Below, in pieces: positions 62,690 to 64,000 of a stretch of DNA of 64,000 nt; position 1 is the stretch's first letter, and each line of letters begins with the position of its first letter. The DNA is from Mobula hypostoma (Eukaryota), in NCBI RefSeq assembly GCF_963921235.1, contig NC_086108.1, positions 117,926,001 to 117,990,000 of the forward strand, written 5' to 3'. Below the pieces are notes generated by a model. The model ran no database searches and was not told where the DNA came from. It worked only from the letters and a program-made list of their open reading frames with translations. Made by a program: the position numbers and the translations under genes.

Positions 62690-63335
62690 GTAACATGGGA
62701 CAACATCAAAAGAGTGATGAATACTGGACTGTAGGCGTTATATGTGAATGGACCCAGTATACAGATAGGGTAGATGATCATGTAGAGTTGTGTCTGAAAG
62801 AAGATCATGGTTGGGAGCTTAACATCTAAGGATAAACATTGTATTGAAAGAACAGGTAGGTAGGCAGATGGGGTGCATGTCTCTGCTGGTACAATATGAA
62901 ATCAAATCCTTAGAAAGAGATGATGTTGGATCGGAAGATATAGAAAACTTGTGGGTAGAGTTAACAAACTGCAAGGGGAAAAATACCCTGATGGGAATTA
63001 TATATAGGCCTCCAATCAGTAACCAAGTTGTCAGTTACAAATTAAACAGGATATAGAAAACACGCATAAAATCAGCAATGTTACAATAGACATGGGGGAG
63101 TTCAATATGCAGTAGATTGGGAAAATCAGGTTGGTGCTGGATCCCAAGATAAGGAATTTGTAGAATGCGTATGAGAGCAGATAGTGGGTTGAGACCACAA
63201 TGGGAAAAGTGATTATGAATTAGATTTTGTGCAATGAATTATATTTGATGAGGAAGCTTAAGGTAAAGGAACCGTGGCTGACAAGGGATGTCAAAGACAG
63301 CAGAAAATCAAATGAGAGAGCATAAATGGGCAAAA
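62690..63335 (+). mobile_element. Decayed CR1 EN fragment
   Basis: IENLWVELTNCKGKNTLMGIIYRPP. Confidence 0.82.
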
Positions 63336-63423
63336 GTGATTGTGTGAGCAGTGGGACACTGAGATCTGTTGCTGTTCCCTCCTGCCACTGGTCACTCACA
63401 TTGATTCTCACTTTCTGGTCCAG

Positions 63424-63553
63424 GACCTCGTGGATTATTATGGCTACCATTCCCTGAAGGAAGGTTTTCGATGTCTGGATACTACCTTGCAGATTCCATA
63501 TAAGATACCAGAGTGTCTCACTGGTTACAGAGCTGCCCAGGCCGCAAAATCAT
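63424..63553 (+). CDS. VAV3: VAV3-like exon E, SH2 alphaB and downstream linker
   Basis: ctttctggtccag|GAC acceptor and T|gtgagt donor; 130 bp; encodes DLVDYYGYHSLKEGFRCLDTTLQIPYKIPE..., resembling VAV3 ELVEYYKHHSLKEGFRTLDTTLQFPYKEPE. Confidence 0.95.
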
Positions 63554-63745
63554 GTGAGTACCACCTCTCTGCCTGCCCACTTATGGACCATCTGCCTCCT
63601 CTGTCAAATCTGATCCATGGGGTATCCAAACCATAATCTGTTATTTTGATGTGTGTTGCTCTGTTATACTTCTGCAGGCTGCTAGACACCCCCCTCAGCC
63701 AGTATTCTCTATAGTTCTGATCACCTCACTTACTATAGGATAGAT

Positions 63746-64000
63746 CAGGGCTGTCAAACTACCAGCCCGCAAAGTGGTCCAATCCGGCCCGCGGGATTAT
63801 TTGGGGAAAAAAAAAGTATATTCATGACCATTTATTATGTATCTGTATGGCAGCCGCTCTCTCCCCCACCGCTGTCTGTGCCGCCTGCCACGCCAGCAGC
63901 TTGTTGTGTGTACTTAGACAACAATAGGCGACAGTTAACCAGCCGCTGTGCATAAACACCTACCACCCTGCACTGAAGACCACTAGGGCCCCACTTACGT
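63746..64000. mobile_element. Left end of a hAT-like MITE, running off the window
   Basis: cagggctgtcaaact terminus followed by gcccgc/ggcccgcgg subterminal motifs; the other end is not visible. Confidence 0.6.

Larger units (their letters stand above)
15067..63553 (+). other. VAV3: Partial VAV3-like gene (Vav family GEF): five coding exons covering the end of the N-terminal SH3, the linker, the SH2 domain and the post-SH2 linker; the gene extends beyond both window edges
   Basis: Exons 15067-15132, 20169-20203, 27604-27720, 46476-46563 and 63424-63553 all have AG/GT boundaries with compatible phases (0,2,2,0,1). They splice without stops to GRNLTTREMGFFPRDCVKPLPC-VPKRMDYSGFAW-FAGAIDRHQAEAELINRENSTFLVRQRPKQLDEFAISIN-YNNEVKHIKIISEDSSFYIAQNKRFRTLK-DLVDYYGYHSLKEGFRCLDTTLQIPYKIPECLTGYRAAQAAKS, collinear with VAV3 as recalled. 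Family assignment is firm; exact orthology is not. Confidence 0.92.

Overview
Vertebrate genomic DNA, very likely a cartilaginous fish (ray or shark). This is inferred from the repeat landscape: CR1 LINEs with SGNH-esterase ORF1, an HE1/V-SINE-like remnant and abundant Penelope-like elements. About 90% of the window, estimated by eye, is nested, decayed transposons: many CR1 subfamilies, three Penelope-like fragments, a sushi-type Gypsy chromovirus, two solo LTRs, hAT, Tigger and Harbinger DNA elements, L1, Rex/Babar and RTE-derived pieces, and SINEs. Hidden among them are five small + strand exons (66, 35, 117, 88 and 130 bp; 436 bp total) that splice in frame into the N-terminal SH3 end plus SH2 domain of a divergent VAV3-like guanine nucleotide exchange factor; the ORF track does not show them as a gene. 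Most notable observations: (1) this Vav gene is only about 62% identical to human VAV3 as I recall it and has VAV1-like SH2 segments, so it may be a fourth Vav ohnolog; (2) short Penelope-derived palindromes, one with an intact minimal hammerhead ribozyme on each strand; (3) a pair of inverted, highly similar CR1 copies bracketing the frame-symmetric exon that carries the SH2 FLVR motif. All alignments and folds were done by eye, and element boundaries without target-site duplications (TSDs) are approximate.
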